Notes: generated by a model not told the origin, from the sequence alone. 43,460 nucleotides of DNA from an uncultured Cyanobium sp. (GCA_964396755.1 CAYNGR010000001.1:12898-56357), one strand, 5' to 3'. Positions 30,829-40,693 are shown, counted from the stretch's first letter. Made by a program: numbers and translations.

Positions 30829-30987
30829 TCAGGCGCTGAGATCCTGCAGAGGCGCCCACTGCGCCATCAGCTGCTCGTGGCGGACCAGGCGATAGCGGGT
30901 GTGCTCATCCGGCTGGATCCGGTACTGGTTGCGCAGGGCGGCGAGCTGCTGCCGCAGGGCATTGAGGACGGGGTGGTTGTCGTTCAA
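30829..30987 (-). CDS. Small hypothetical protein (52 aa), absent from the ORF track
   Basis: TTG start: MNDNHPVLNALRQQLAALRNQYRIQPDEHTRYRLVRHEQLMAQWAPLQDLSA. High GC3, with an AT-rich upstream region. Confidence 0.65.
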   Translation of the reverse strand: MNDNHPVLNALRQQLAALRNQYRIQPDEHTRYRLVRHEQLMAQWAPLQDLSA

Positions 30988-31149
30988 GGCTCTGGGACGA
31001 ACCCTGAAACATTAACAGAATCAAAAGATCGTCCCCATGGCTGAACGGGGCTGGCGCACCGCTGGCATTCAGGCGGGCGACCGATGGGCGCGACGGCCCG
31101 GGTCAGGGGCCCGATAGGATCCCGCCTGGCCCCCGCTACGGGTCCAGGC

Positions 31150-31836
31150 ATGGATCTGACGCCCTTTCTGGACACACTCGAGGGGACCAGTCTCGATCAG
31201 GTTCTTCTGTCGGTGGCCATCCGCGGCAAGGTGGCCATCGCGATGAAGGGTCGCTTTCTGCTGCGGGCCGTCTGTGAGAACTTTCAGGACCGCAGCCACA
31301 TCGGCTGCGCCGTCACGGACGAAACCTCCTGTCTGGCCTATCTGGCCCGTGAGCCCTACGACCTGCTGATCTGCACCGACCGCCTGGAGGAGGGCAACGG
31401 CTTCGAGCTCAGTCGCAAGGCCCGCTCGGCCCAGTCCAATCTCAAGGTCGTGGTGCTGGCCCTTGGAGATGTGATCCCGGCTGAATACGCCGAGGCTCCC
31501 TGGCTCGATGCGGTGGTGGCCGAGGCCGATGTGGTCGACGATCAGCGTCCGCTGCAGGCTGCGGTGATTGCGGTGATGGGCAACCATTCGTACCGCAGTC
31601 CCTCCCTGCGGACCGGCATCCTTCCCTACCTGAGCTGTCCGCGGCTGACTCCGCGCGAATATGAAGTGCTGGACCTGCTCGCCAGCGGCATGACCGATCG
31701 CGAGATCGCTCGCTCGCTGGTGGTCAGTGAAGAAACGGCCAGGACTTACACCAAGCGCCTGCTGCAGACCCTCGGCGTCAACAACCGGCTGCAGGCGGTG
31801 CTCAAAGGCATGCGCTGCGGCATGATCCAGATCTGA
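31150..31836 (+). CDS. LuxR/NarL-family regulator with atypical receiver domain
   Basis: C-terminal LTPREYEVLDLLASGMTDREIARSLVVSEETARTYTKRLLQTLGVNNR. Confidence 0.9.
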   Translation: MDLTPFLDTLEGTSLDQVLLSVAIRGKVAIAMKGRFLLRAVCENFQDRSHIGCAVTDETSCLAYLAREPYDLLICTDRLEEGNGFELSRKARSAQSNLKVVVLALGDVIPAEYAEAPWLDAVVAEADVVDDQRPLQAAVIAVMGNHSYRSPSLRTGILPYLSCPRLTPREYEVLDLLASGMTDREIARSLVVSEETARTYTKRLLQTLGVNNRLQAVLKGMRCGMIQI

Positions 31837-32074
31837 TCAGGAGTGTGCCGCCACATCAGCGCGGCTGGGCGTGGCCAGACCTTCGTCACGGGTGTCCCGG
31901 ATGGTCCCGTGTCTGACATTGGTGGCCGCTGGACAGCGGTTGCCACGGGATCTCGCAGCGGAGCCGAGGTGGCTCGAGCCTTGCACCAAATCCCCTCTGC
32001 AGCCGCAACGCATCGCGACAGTGGCAGCCAGGTGGTTGAGACGCTTTTAAGCTGAGGTTCAGCTTGCAGCCGCG

Positions 32075-34495
32075 ATGCCCCATCTCCTGTCGCCGCTGCG
32101 CTCCTGGCTGAAAGAAGAGCGACGGCTTCTGCCCCGCTCGGTGAAGCTCTGGTGGGTAGGTTTCAGCTCACTGCTGCTGCTGGCGGTGCTGCTGGCCGTG
32201 GAGGTTCGCAGGCGCGAGCAGAGCATCAGCACCGCACTCGACGCCAAGCGCCTGGAGCAGCTGGATCTGGTCGCTGAGGCACTCAGTGACCTGCGCCGGA
32301 CCGCCTTTGACTGGGCCCGCTGGGACGACTCGCTGCAGTTCGTCCAGGGTCGCAATCCGGGCTTTGTGCAGCGGGACCTGGAACAGACCTCCCTGTTCGA
32401 CGGGGGTGGGGTGATGCTGTTGTTCGACCGCGACGGTGAGGTGTTGATCACCTACCGCAAGGCCGGTGCCAACCAACTCGCCGATCAACCGCTGCAACGC
32501 TGCGCCGAGGCCAATCTCGACAAGCTGACATCGCTGGCCAGCGCCATCAGGCTGCTCTGCCCGGGGGCCGGGAACCACGCCCACCTCGGGATCCTCACCC
32601 AGATCAGCAACAACGCCAGCACGGCCCCGGCGGAGGGTGCCCTGGTGATGTTCGAGCCCATGGTCGGCAGTACTCATGGGCCGCGACTGCGGCAGCAGTT
32701 GCAGGCCCTGGCCGCCCAGCTGGTCAGCCACAACATGCAGAACCTGGACTCCCTGCCCGGCTCCCTGCGCCTTTATGGGGCGGATGGGCAGCCGATTGGG
32801 CTGCTGCGCCAATCCAGTCTCGGCCCGCTGCTGGATTCGCTGCGCGACGACCTGCTGCTGCTGCTGGCACTGCTCGTGCCCCTGCTGCTGATCCGCATGC
32901 AGCTCACCCTGGTGCATCGTCGACAGCGCCTGCACACCCTGCATCGGGAGCGGCTGGCCACGGAGCGCATCCGGCGGGTCTGCCAGCAGCTCGACGGGCT
33001 GCTGGGCCCACAGGGGCAGGCTGATGAGACCCAGTCGGTCCAGCGTCGGGTCATGGATCGGCTGGTCAGCCCCGACAATCTGGGTCCGGAACCGGGTGGT
33101 CACCCGCTGGCACTGGAGCGGCGTCTCGACGCTTTCGCCCGTCGCTTTCAGCACTTTCTCGATGGAGCCCACAACCTGGCGCTGCTCGATCAGCTCACCC
33201 AGCTGCCCAATCGACGCTTCTTCATCGAACAGCTGGCTCTGGAGGTGCAGCGTCACCAGCAGGAACAGCAGCCGATCGCCCTGCTGTTCGTCGACATCGA
33301 CCGGTTCAAGGAGATCAATGACAGTTTTGGTCACTCCACCGGCGATCTGGCCCTGGTTCTGGTTGCCCAGCGCCTGCGCCAGCAGATCGGGCTGCATGAC
33401 TTCCTGGCCCGCTATGGCGGCGATGAGTTCGTGATCCTGCACCAGCTGGACAAGGCGGCACCTTCCGATGTGGAGCACCAGCACAGCAACAGCCTTCGCT
33501 TCGCCGAGCGCATTGCCGCTGCCTTTGAGGGGCCGGTTGATCTCGATGGTGTCGCGATCGAACTGAATCTCAGCCTCGGCATCACTCTGTTGCGTCCCGA
33601 CCTGCCCAGGCCCGAGGCCGCCATGCAGCAGTGCGATCTGGCCATGCTGCAGGCCAAGCAGAACAAGCACAACCGAATCGCCATCTTCGATCTCGATCGT
33701 GCCGATCCCCGCGACAGCGACTACGAGCTGTACACCGATCTGCTCCAGGCGATCCGCGATCACCAGCTGACGGTTCTGTTTCAGCCGATCGTCGACTGCC
33801 AGGGTTTTCCCAGGGCCGTTGAGGCTCTGGGACGCTGGAATCATCCTCGCCGCGGCTGGGTGCCACCGGAGCAGTTTCTGAGTCTGGCGGAACGTCACCG
33901 CCAGATCCTGCGCCTCTCCGATGCGCTGCTGCGTCAGGCGCTGACCGGCTTCGCCAGCATCCAGGTGGCCAGCGGCCAGCCGCTGAGCCTGTCGTTCAAC
34001 ATCAGCCCGTCACAGCTGGAGGATCCCAGCCTCGTCAATCGCATCATCCGTCAGCTGGAGCTGTATCGGATTGCCCCGGTTCAGTTGACTCTGGAGCTCA
34101 CTGAACGGGGCATTCTTGAGGGCTCGGTGATTGTTCAGGATAACCTGAAGCAGTTGCGGCAACAGGGCATCCGCCTCTCACTGGATGATTTCGGCACCGG
34201 TCAATCCTCCCTTAGCCTGCTGAGCCAGCTGCAGCCTGACGAGGTGAAGATCGATCGCTCTTTCGTGATGGCCATGGAGAGCGACCCCTACGCACTCCAG
34301 ATCATCACGCTGCTCTGCCGCATGGCACCGGCGCTGGGCTTCGAGCTGGTCGCCGAAGGGGTGGAGGATTCCTCCAGTTTCGAGCGGTTGCGGGAGCTGG
34401 GCATCAACCGTTTTCAGGGTTACTGGTTCGCCAGGCCCATGCCGTGTGCGTCGGTTGATGCCACCGCGCCATTGCCGCAGCTGGCCCTGGGGTGA
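32075..34495 (+). CDS. Membrane CHASE4-GGDEF-EAL diguanylate cyclase/phosphodiesterase
   Basis: TM plus DWARWDD (CHASE4); DQLTQLPNRR, DIDRFKEINDSFGH, RYGGDEF; VEALGRW, DDFGTG, KIDRSF, AEGVE, FQG. Confidence 0.95.
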   Translation: MPHLLSPLRSWLKEERRLLPRSVKLWWVGFSSLLLLAVLLAVEVRRREQSISTALDAKRLEQLDLVAEALSDLRRTAFDWARWDDSLQFVQGRNPGFVQRDLEQTSLFDGGGVMLLFDRDGEVLITYRKAGANQLADQPLQRCAEANLDKLTSLASAIRLLCPGAGNHAHLGILTQISNNASTAPAEGALVMFEPMVGSTHGPRLRQQLQALAAQLVSHNMQNLDSLPGSLRLYGADGQPIGLLRQSSLGPLLDSLRDDLLLLLALLVPLLLIRMQLTLVHRRQRLHTLHRERLATERIRRVCQQLDGLLGPQGQADETQSVQRRVMDRLVSPDNLGPEPGGHPLALERRLDAFARRFQHFLDGAHNLALLDQLTQLPNRRFFIEQLALEVQRHQQEQQPIALLFVDIDRFKEINDSFGHSTGDLALVLVAQRLRQQIGLHDFLARYGGDEFVILHQLDKAAPSDVEHQHSNSLRFAERIAAAFEGPVDLDGVAIELNLSLGITLLRPDLPRPEAAMQQCDLAMLQAKQNKHNRIAIFDLDRADPRDSDYELYTDLLQAIRDHQLTVLFQPIVDCQGFPRAVEALGRWNHPRRGWVPPEQFLSLAERHRQILRLSDALLRQALTGFASIQVASGQPLSLSFNISPSQLEDPSLVNRIIRQLELYRIAPVQLTLELTERGILEGSVIVQDNLKQLRQQGIRLSLDDFGTGQSSLSLLSQLQPDEVKIDRSFVMAMESDPYALQIITLLCRMAPALGFELVAEGVEDSSSFERLRELGINRFQGYWFARPMPCASVDATAPLPQLALG

Positions 34496-34498
34496 GCC

Positions 34499-35650
34499 TC
34501 AGGCTCCGCCAGCCGTGGTCGCTGCTGCACGCAGACGGCCTTCGGCGGCCCGGCAGGCCCGGGCGATCACGCCCTCCTCATCAGCCGGCACCACATGCAG
34601 GCGGAAGCGGCCCAGCCAGGCCAACTCATTGCTGAGATCGCGCTGCAGCTGCTCGTCGTTCTCACCGATGCCACCGCTGAGGGCAATCACATCGACGCCA
34701 GCGAGGCTGGCCGCCATCGCCCCGATGCCTTGGCGCAGCCGCTCGCAGAACACCGCAATCGCCAGTTCCGCGCCCGCATGTCCGGTCGCTGCCGCCTGCC
34801 GCAGTTCGCGCATGCTGCCGCTCAGACCGGAGAGGCCGAGCAGACCGCTGGCCGCCTGCAGCTGCTGCTCCAGATCCTCAGGGCTGACGCCCCGTCGCAG
34901 CAGATCCAGCAGCACACCCGGATCGATGCTGCCGCTTCGGCTTGCCATCACCAGGCCCTCCATCGGCGTGTAGCCCATGGTGGTGGCGATGCTGCGACCA
35001 TCACGAATCGCGCAGAGCGAACAGCCCGCTCCCAGATGGCAGCTGATCAGCCGCAAGGGCCTGGACACGCCCGAGCCCTCCAGCCGCTGCACCACCTCAC
35101 TGACATGCTGGTGGTTGAGGCCGTGGAATCCGTAGCGCCGCAGGCCCAGTTCCCGCCAGGCAGCGGGCAGGGCGTAGGTGTAGGCCTCAGCTGGCAGGGT
35201 GCTGTGGAAGCCCGTGTCGAAACAGGCCCACTGCGGCACAGCGTCGAGCCGATCGGCCAGCCAGCGCATCACCCGCAGGGCAGGAGCGTTGTGCAGCGGT
35301 GCCAGCGACACCAGATCCTCCAGTTCATGGAGCACCTGAGGCTCAAGACGGGTGGGGGCTGTGAAGCGCCGGCCACCGTGCACGACGCGATGTCCCACCA
35401 GGGCCAGCGTGTCGCCCCTGCGCTCGAGCAGGGGCCCGATGCCGGAGCACAGCACCGCCTCCGGAGAGTCCGGCGCGCCGGGTTCGGCCGTGGCCTGCCA
35501 GCTCCACTGCTGACGCCAGAGCACCGCATCATCGGAGCCGATCAGGGCCGCCTTGAGAGAGGAGCTGCCGGCGTTGACGACCAGCACGGCAGCGGCGGGC
35601 CGCTCAGCTTCTGATGGGGGCGGCGCCGGCCGACCCTGGTTTGCTGCCAT
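34499..35650 (-). CDS. ackA: Acetate kinase
   Basis: VNAGSSSLK, GHRVVHGG, APLHN, RRYGFHG, CHLGAG and GGIGEN. Confidence 0.96.
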   Translation of the reverse strand: MAANQGRPAPPPSEAERPAAAVLVVNAGSSSLKAALIGSDDAVLWRQQWSWQATAEPGAPDSPEAVLCSGIGPLLERRGDTLALVGHRVVHGGRRFTAPTRLEPQVLHELEDLVSLAPLHNAPALRVMRWLADRLDAVPQWACFDTGFHSTLPAEAYTYALPAAWRELGLRRYGFHGLNHQHVSEVVQRLEGSGVSRPLRLISCHLGAGCSLCAIRDGRSIATTMGYTPMEGLVMASRSGSIDPGVLLDLLRRGVSPEDLEQQLQAASGLLGLSGLSGSMRELRQAAATGHAGAELAIAVFCERLRQGIGAMAASLAGVDVIALSGGIGENDEQLQRDLSNELAWLGRFRLHVVPADEEGVIARACRAAEGRLRAAATTAGGA

Positions 35651-38070
35651 CAGGACTCGCCGTTCGGCAGCGACCAGGTCCAGGCGCGGATCTCCGGCGC
35701 GTCGATGCCATGCTGATGGGCATAGCTGCGGTGCCGCAGGATTTCATCCTTCATCCGCTCCTTGACATGAGCGGCGCGGGATCCGAGCCCAGGCACACGA
35801 TCGATGACATCAATCACCAGGTTGAAGCGGTCGATCTGATTGTTCATCGCCAGCTCCAGAGGGGTGTTGATGTTGCCTTTCTCTTTGTAGCCGCGCACGT
35901 GGAAATTGGCATGGTTCCGCCGCCTGTAGGTGAGTCGATGAATCAACCAGGGGTAGCCGTGGAAGTTGAAGATCACCGGCTTGTCGGTCGTGAACAGTGA
36001 GTCGAAATCTCGATCCGACAGTCCATGGGGATGTTCGCTTGGCTCGGTCAGGGCGAACAGCTTCACCACGTTCAGCACGCGGATGCGCAGCCTGGGAATC
36101 TCACGTCGCAGGATCTCAACTGCCGCCAGCGTCTCCTTGGTGGGGATGTCACCGGCACAGGCCATCACCACATCCGGCTCGTCGGGGTCGCTGCCGTGGT
36201 GGTCGTTGCTTGCCCAGCTCCACAGGCCAATGCCCTTGGCCACGTGTTGGCGGGCCTGGTCCAGCGTCAGGTACTGGAGGTGTTTCTGCTTGTCGGAGAC
36301 GATGATGTTGCAGACGTTCGGTTCCACCAACGCCGTTTCCGCCACGGCCAGCAGGGAATTGGCATCAGCCGGAAGGTAGACCCGCACCACCTCGCCGCTC
36401 TTGTTGCCGGCCAGATCGATGAAGCCTGGATCCTGGTGGGTGAAGCCGTTGTGATCCTGGCGCCACACGGTCGAGCTGATCAGGCAATTCCACGGCCCGA
36501 TCGGAGCGCGCCAGGGGGCGTGATGGATGCAGCTCTCCAGCCATTTGGCGTGCTGATTGAACATCGAGGCGATCACATGGGCGAAGGCCTCATAGGTGTG
36601 GAAGAAGCCATAGCGGCCGGTGAGCAGATAGCCCTCCATCATGCCCACCAGGGTGTGCTCGCTGAGCATCTCGACCACGCGACCGTCGCGGCTCAGTTCA
36701 CTGCCGTTCATGTCTTCGGGCAGAAACTCCTCCATCCACACCTTCTTGCTGCGCTCGAAAATCGCCTGAAGGCGATTGGAGGCGGTTTCATCAGGTCCGA
36801 ACACCCTCAGAGAGTTCGGGTTGAGGCCGATTGCATCGCGCAACAGTTCCCCGAGCGGATAGGTGTTCTCGTGCTCCACCGAACCGGGCGCCGCGACCGA
36901 CACGGCGTAGTCGCTGATCTGGGGCAGGCGCAGCTTGTGGCGAAGCAGACCGCCGTTGGCATGCGGATTGGAGCCCATGCGCCTTTGGCCCCGCGGCGAC
37001 AGAGCCTGCAGCTCGGCTCGAAGGGTGCCGTTGTCATCAAACAACTCCCCGGGGCGATAGCTGTGCAGCCACTCCTGCAGCATGCGCAGCTGCTCGGGGT
37101 TGTGGCAGGGATCGGGCAGGGGCACCTGATGGGACCGCCAGAAGCCCTCGAGCTTCTTGTCGGCCAGTGTGGCCGGACCGGTCCAGCCCTTGGGGGAGCG
37201 CAGCACGATCATCGGCCAGCTGGGTCTGGTGGCCTCACCGCTGCTTCTCGCCTCATGCCGGATGGCCTTGATGCGTGCGATCGCCTCATCCATCGCCGCC
37301 GCCATCTGCCCATGCATGGCGGCAGGGTCGTGGCCCTCCACGAACAGTGGATCCCAGCCGTAGCCGCGCATCAGGCTCTCCAGCTCGGAGCGGGGAATCC
37401 TGGCCAGCAGGGTGGGATTGGCGATCTTGTAGCCGTTGAGGTGCAGCACCGGCAGCACCGCTCCGTCGTGGATCGGGTTGAGGAACTTGTTGATGTGCCA
37501 GCTGGTGGCGAGTGGGCCGGTCTCCGCTTCGCCGTCACCGACGCAGGCCAGGGCGATCAGTTCCGGGTTGTCGAACACGGCCCCGCAGGCGTGCGACAGC
37601 ACATAGCCCAGCTCGCCGCCTTCATGGATGGAACCGGGGGTTTCCGGCGTGCAGTGGGAGCCGATGTGTCCCGGAAAGGAGAACTGCTTGAAAAAGCGCC
37701 CCATTCCCTCGGCATCACGGCTCTTGTCCGGGTACACCTCGCTGTAGGTGCCATCGAGATAGGTGGGTCCCAGCACACCGGGTGCCCCGTGGCCCGGACC
37801 GGACAGATAGATCATGTCCAGGTCATGGTGACGGATCACCCGATTGGCATGGGCCCAGATGAAGGCCTGTCCGGGGCTGGATCCCCAGTGCCCCAGCAGG
37901 CGGGTCTTGATGTGTTCGGGCTGCAGCGGCTCTTGCAGCAGCGGATTGGCCCGCAGATAGATCATCCCCACCGCCAGGTAGTTGGCGGCGCGCCACCAGG
38001 CATCGAGGAGCTGCAGCTCGTCGTCCGGGCTGATGGCGGGCGCGGCGGGGCTGGAGAGAGTGCTGGTCAT
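35650..38070 (-). CDS. xfp: Xylulose-5-P/fructose-6-P phosphoketolase
   Basis: [45 protein letters not shown] and FHGYP. Confidence 0.97.
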   Translation of the reverse strand: MTSTLSSPAAPAISPDDELQLLDAWWRAANYLAVGMIYLRANPLLQEPLQPEHIKTRLLGHWGSSPGQAFIWAHANRVIRHHDLDMIYLSGPGHGAPGVLGPTYLDGTYSEVYPDKSRDAEGMGRFFKQFSFPGHIGSHCTPETPGSIHEGGELGYVLSHACGAVFDNPELIALACVGDGEAETGPLATSWHINKFLNPIHDGAVLPVLHLNGYKIANPTLLARIPRSELESLMRGYGWDPLFVEGHDPAAMHGQMAAAMDEAIARIKAIRHEARSSGEATRPSWPMIVLRSPKGWTGPATLADKKLEGFWRSHQVPLPDPCHNPEQLRMLQEWLHSYRPGELFDDNGTLRAELQALSPRGQRRMGSNPHANGGLLRHKLRLPQISDYAVSVAAPGSVEHENTYPLGELLRDAIGLNPNSLRVFGPDETASNRLQAIFERSKKVWMEEFLPEDMNGSELSRDGRVVEMLSEHTLVGMMEGYLLTGRYGFFHTYEAFAHVIASMFNQHAKWLESCIHHAPWRAPIGPWNCLISSTVWRQDHNGFTHQDPGFIDLAGNKSGEVVRVYLPADANSLLAVAETALVEPNVCNIIVSDKQKHLQYLTLDQARQHVAKGIGLWSWASNDHHGSDPDEPDVVMACAGDIPTKETLAAVEILRREIPRLRIRVLNVVKLFALTEPSEHPHGLSDRDFDSLFTTDKPVIFNFHGYPWLIHRLTYRRRNHANFHVRGYKEKGNINTPLELAMNNQIDRFNLVIDVIDRVPGLGSRAAHVKERMKDEILRHRSYAHQHGIDAPEIRAWTWSLPNGES

Positions 38071-39560
38071 GGTGTCGGAGGAGGCCCCGTCAGCAGGGGG
38101 AGAGGGCGGCCAACGCTGGGTCCGTCCCAGTGCAGGAGTCTGCTGGCAAATCCTGGAGCTGGCGCCGATGGGCGTCAGCGCTCTGCCACACAACGTGTCA
38201 ACCGCCACAGTCAGCGTCACGGGGACGCGTGATTGCACCCGTCTGCCCGTCAGCGGCGCCACGCCGTCAACCGAGACTCAGGGCCCGGCCTGCAAATGCC
38301 GTTGGCGTCCTGGACGGCCATGGTGGTCCTTAGCCGAGGCCTTCAGTCGCGCCTTGCCCTCAGGGCGACGGGTCCCGCTGCCGATGGTCTGCCAGGGTCT
38401 GTTCCGCGATGTACGCAAAACCTGCCCGCTGCCTGGATGGTTCGAGCCGCGTAGGGCATCGCTCAGTGCAGGGCAGGCTGCCGCTCTGGCCCGCTCGCTG
38501 GCCTGGTTCGCGCCCAGCCCATCCCGGCCGAGCGTTGGGGTTGCGGAGCAGCGGCTTGCATCAGCCTGCCTGCAGCCGTGTTGCCGGCCTTGCCCTGAAT
38601 CGCGTCTGAACGCAGCTCTGGTCGGTGTTCATGCTGGTCGTCGCTGATCCTCTGTCCCGCTCGATTCGCAGCGTTGCCCAACGGGCTGAGGTGGGGAACG
38701 TTCGTGCATTGCAGGCCAACGCCGAGCTCACGGGTGCGGCCGTGTCGCTGCTGCACGGCCCGGTGCTGGTGTGACAGGCCCCAGTCGTTGCCCGATGTTG
38801 TCATCGCATTGGCTTGGCCATCGTTCTGGCAGGACATCAGGCCCGCAGGCATCGGGCGCGAAGGAGATCGCGCGGCGCTGCGGCGCGGCAGTCCTGCCGC
38901 TCAGCGTGTTGTGATCTGTTCTGTGGCCAACGACACGCGTCAGATTGCACAGCTCCAGCCGCAACACGCAGTCCCGACGCGACGCCGTAACAGGCATGAA
39001 TGCCTATGGCCATCGCAACCGCACCGGACGCAGAGTGATGTCAACCGAAGGGAGGTCCAGCGATGGAAGACACACCGCCCAACTCACTGTCAGGAGCGCA
39101 CTGACTGCAGGCCCCTGCTCCAACAGTCTGTTCCGACATCCGGTTTTCCGGTTCCCCGCGAACCACCCCATGCACCGACCCACCAGCTGACTGCAGGCCG
39201 CGTCTGAATCCTGAATCGATTCAGCCCGCAGCTGCATGCCTGGTTCCATCCCTTGCATGTGCGACGGATTCGTTCTGTCTCCATGCTCGCTGGATCAGGT
39301 GCCCCGGGGTCATCTGAAAACCGTTCATGGAAACCATGGCCCCAGGTGCCTGATTTCGGAGACTCCGCCCCTCAACTTCAGATCATCGATTGATTCGCTG
39401 ACGACTTCACGATGGCGCGAGCATGACGGCCTAAGCCGCATCACCCATCACCGACCCTGACAGGTCATGCGTCTGATCAGCCTTCATTCAGATTAGTCTT
39501 ACCAATGCCGCGGTGTTGTCACCAGCCAGGTCGTCCCTGCAAGGACGGATCCCAGGTCGG

Positions 39561-39632
39561 TGCACGATTCCATGCTTCATTCCGTGCGCAATCCAGCGCA
39601 CAGTTCAATGCACGGTTCAATTTATAGTCCAA
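39561..39632. repeat. Six degenerate 12-bp tandem units
   Basis: TGCACGATTCCA TGCTTCATTCCG TGCGCAATCCAG CGCACAGTTCAA TGCACGGTTCAA TTTATAGTCCAA. Confidence 0.7.
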
Positions 39633-39817
39633 CGTGACTTCAGCACATTGCTGAGCACGCAGTCCACATTGACCACTGTTCATTGCAGCCTGGGTTCCTT
39701 GGGGCCGAGGTTGATTGCACCACTGTTCACGTTATCTCTGATTCGTTTCATCATTGCCTTGATCTGATCAGCCTCAGCGTTTCACTGCCGCGGCGTTCTG
39801 CTCATTCAGGAGTTCTC

Positions 39818-39857
39818 GGGCCCGGTTTCCTTTCCAGGAGGCCGGGCCTCTCCTTGT
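39818..39857 (+). terminator. Terminator-like hairpin
   Basis: GGGCCCGGTTTCCT-ttcc-AGGAGGCCGGGCCT followed by a weak pyrimidine tail (CTCCTTGT). Confidence 0.55.
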
Positions 39858-40165
39858 GGATCGCTCTCCGGCCTCGTCCTGGGTCCTCGCCAGCGCGGCT
39901 CGAGTCGCTGGGCGCCCCGCCCTGGACAGATCTGGCTGCACCTGTCATCGGCTGCGTCCGGTGCCCGCTCCAGTCGGCGGGAGAGAGAGGTTGTTAGCAA
40001 CCAGCTGCTGCCCGCTGCATGCTGCGGCGACCTGATGCAGCCCTGGGCTGCAGCCGGTGGCGAATGGCCCCAGCCATGCCGCGTCGGCACGGCAGGGGGG
40101 CTGACCGCGGCTGCAAACCCGCTTACGATCCTTCACCAGCTCAGGCGTTTCAGCCCCGGATCACC

Positions 40166-40387
40166 ATGCTCATCGGAGAGGTCTACCTGGAGGCCTTGGC
40201 CAGCGGCATCATCACTCAGGAGGAGATCGACTGGCTGACCACCCATCAGGCGAGCTTCAACCGTGACGAAGAGGCCAAGGCCCTGAAGATCGGCCGTCTG
40301 CTCGACGAAGGGACCATCCAGATCGGCTGTCGCCTGCTCGGCCAGACGAGCAGTCAAGCCAAGGCCGCGGGCGGTTCGGCGGCCTGA
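40166..40387 (+). CDS. Small picocyanobacterial hypothetical protein
   Basis: MLIGEVYLEALASGIITQEEIDWLTTHQASFNRDEEAKALKIGRLLDEGTIQIGCRL. High GC3; -10-like TACGAT at 40124-40129. Confidence 0.85.
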   Translation: MLIGEVYLEALASGIITQEEIDWLTTHQASFNRDEEAKALKIGRLLDEGTIQIGCRLLGQTSSQAKAAGGSAA

Positions 40388-40693
40388 GGCAGGGCCAACG
40401 TCCCTCGCTGCCGCTTCGATCCGGCAGCCCTGCCGCTGCGACGTCGCCGCATCGGGCTGATGTTGGCCATCCGGAGCCCCGTCTGTGCTCGTCTGCACCG
40501 CTGCAGCAGGGTCTGAGACGTCCTGCAGCGTCGTTCAGCCTGCGGCCACCCCGGCCGCGATGGAACGCTGCATGTTGGCGGTCAGGCGTTGCATGGTTGC
40601 GGCAGGTCGCCGCAGGGGCCGACCCGCTGGGCTGAGCACAGCCGGTGACCCCGCGGACCACGCTGGGCATCAGTTCCGTTCGCTGGCCTGGCG

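Noticed and set aside
30751-31044. 97-aa + strand ORF
   Set aside because: Better explained as the antisense of the 52-aa minus-strand ORF.
32168-38232. ORFs 32168-33898 (-), 34595-35614 (+) and 36025-38232 (+)
   Set aside because: Shadows of the GGDEF-EAL gene, ackA and xfp.
38233-39460. ORF-track entries in the gene-poor region (e.g. 38674-39207, 38463-38852)
   Set aside because: No motifs, poor codon bias and no clear ribosome binding sites.
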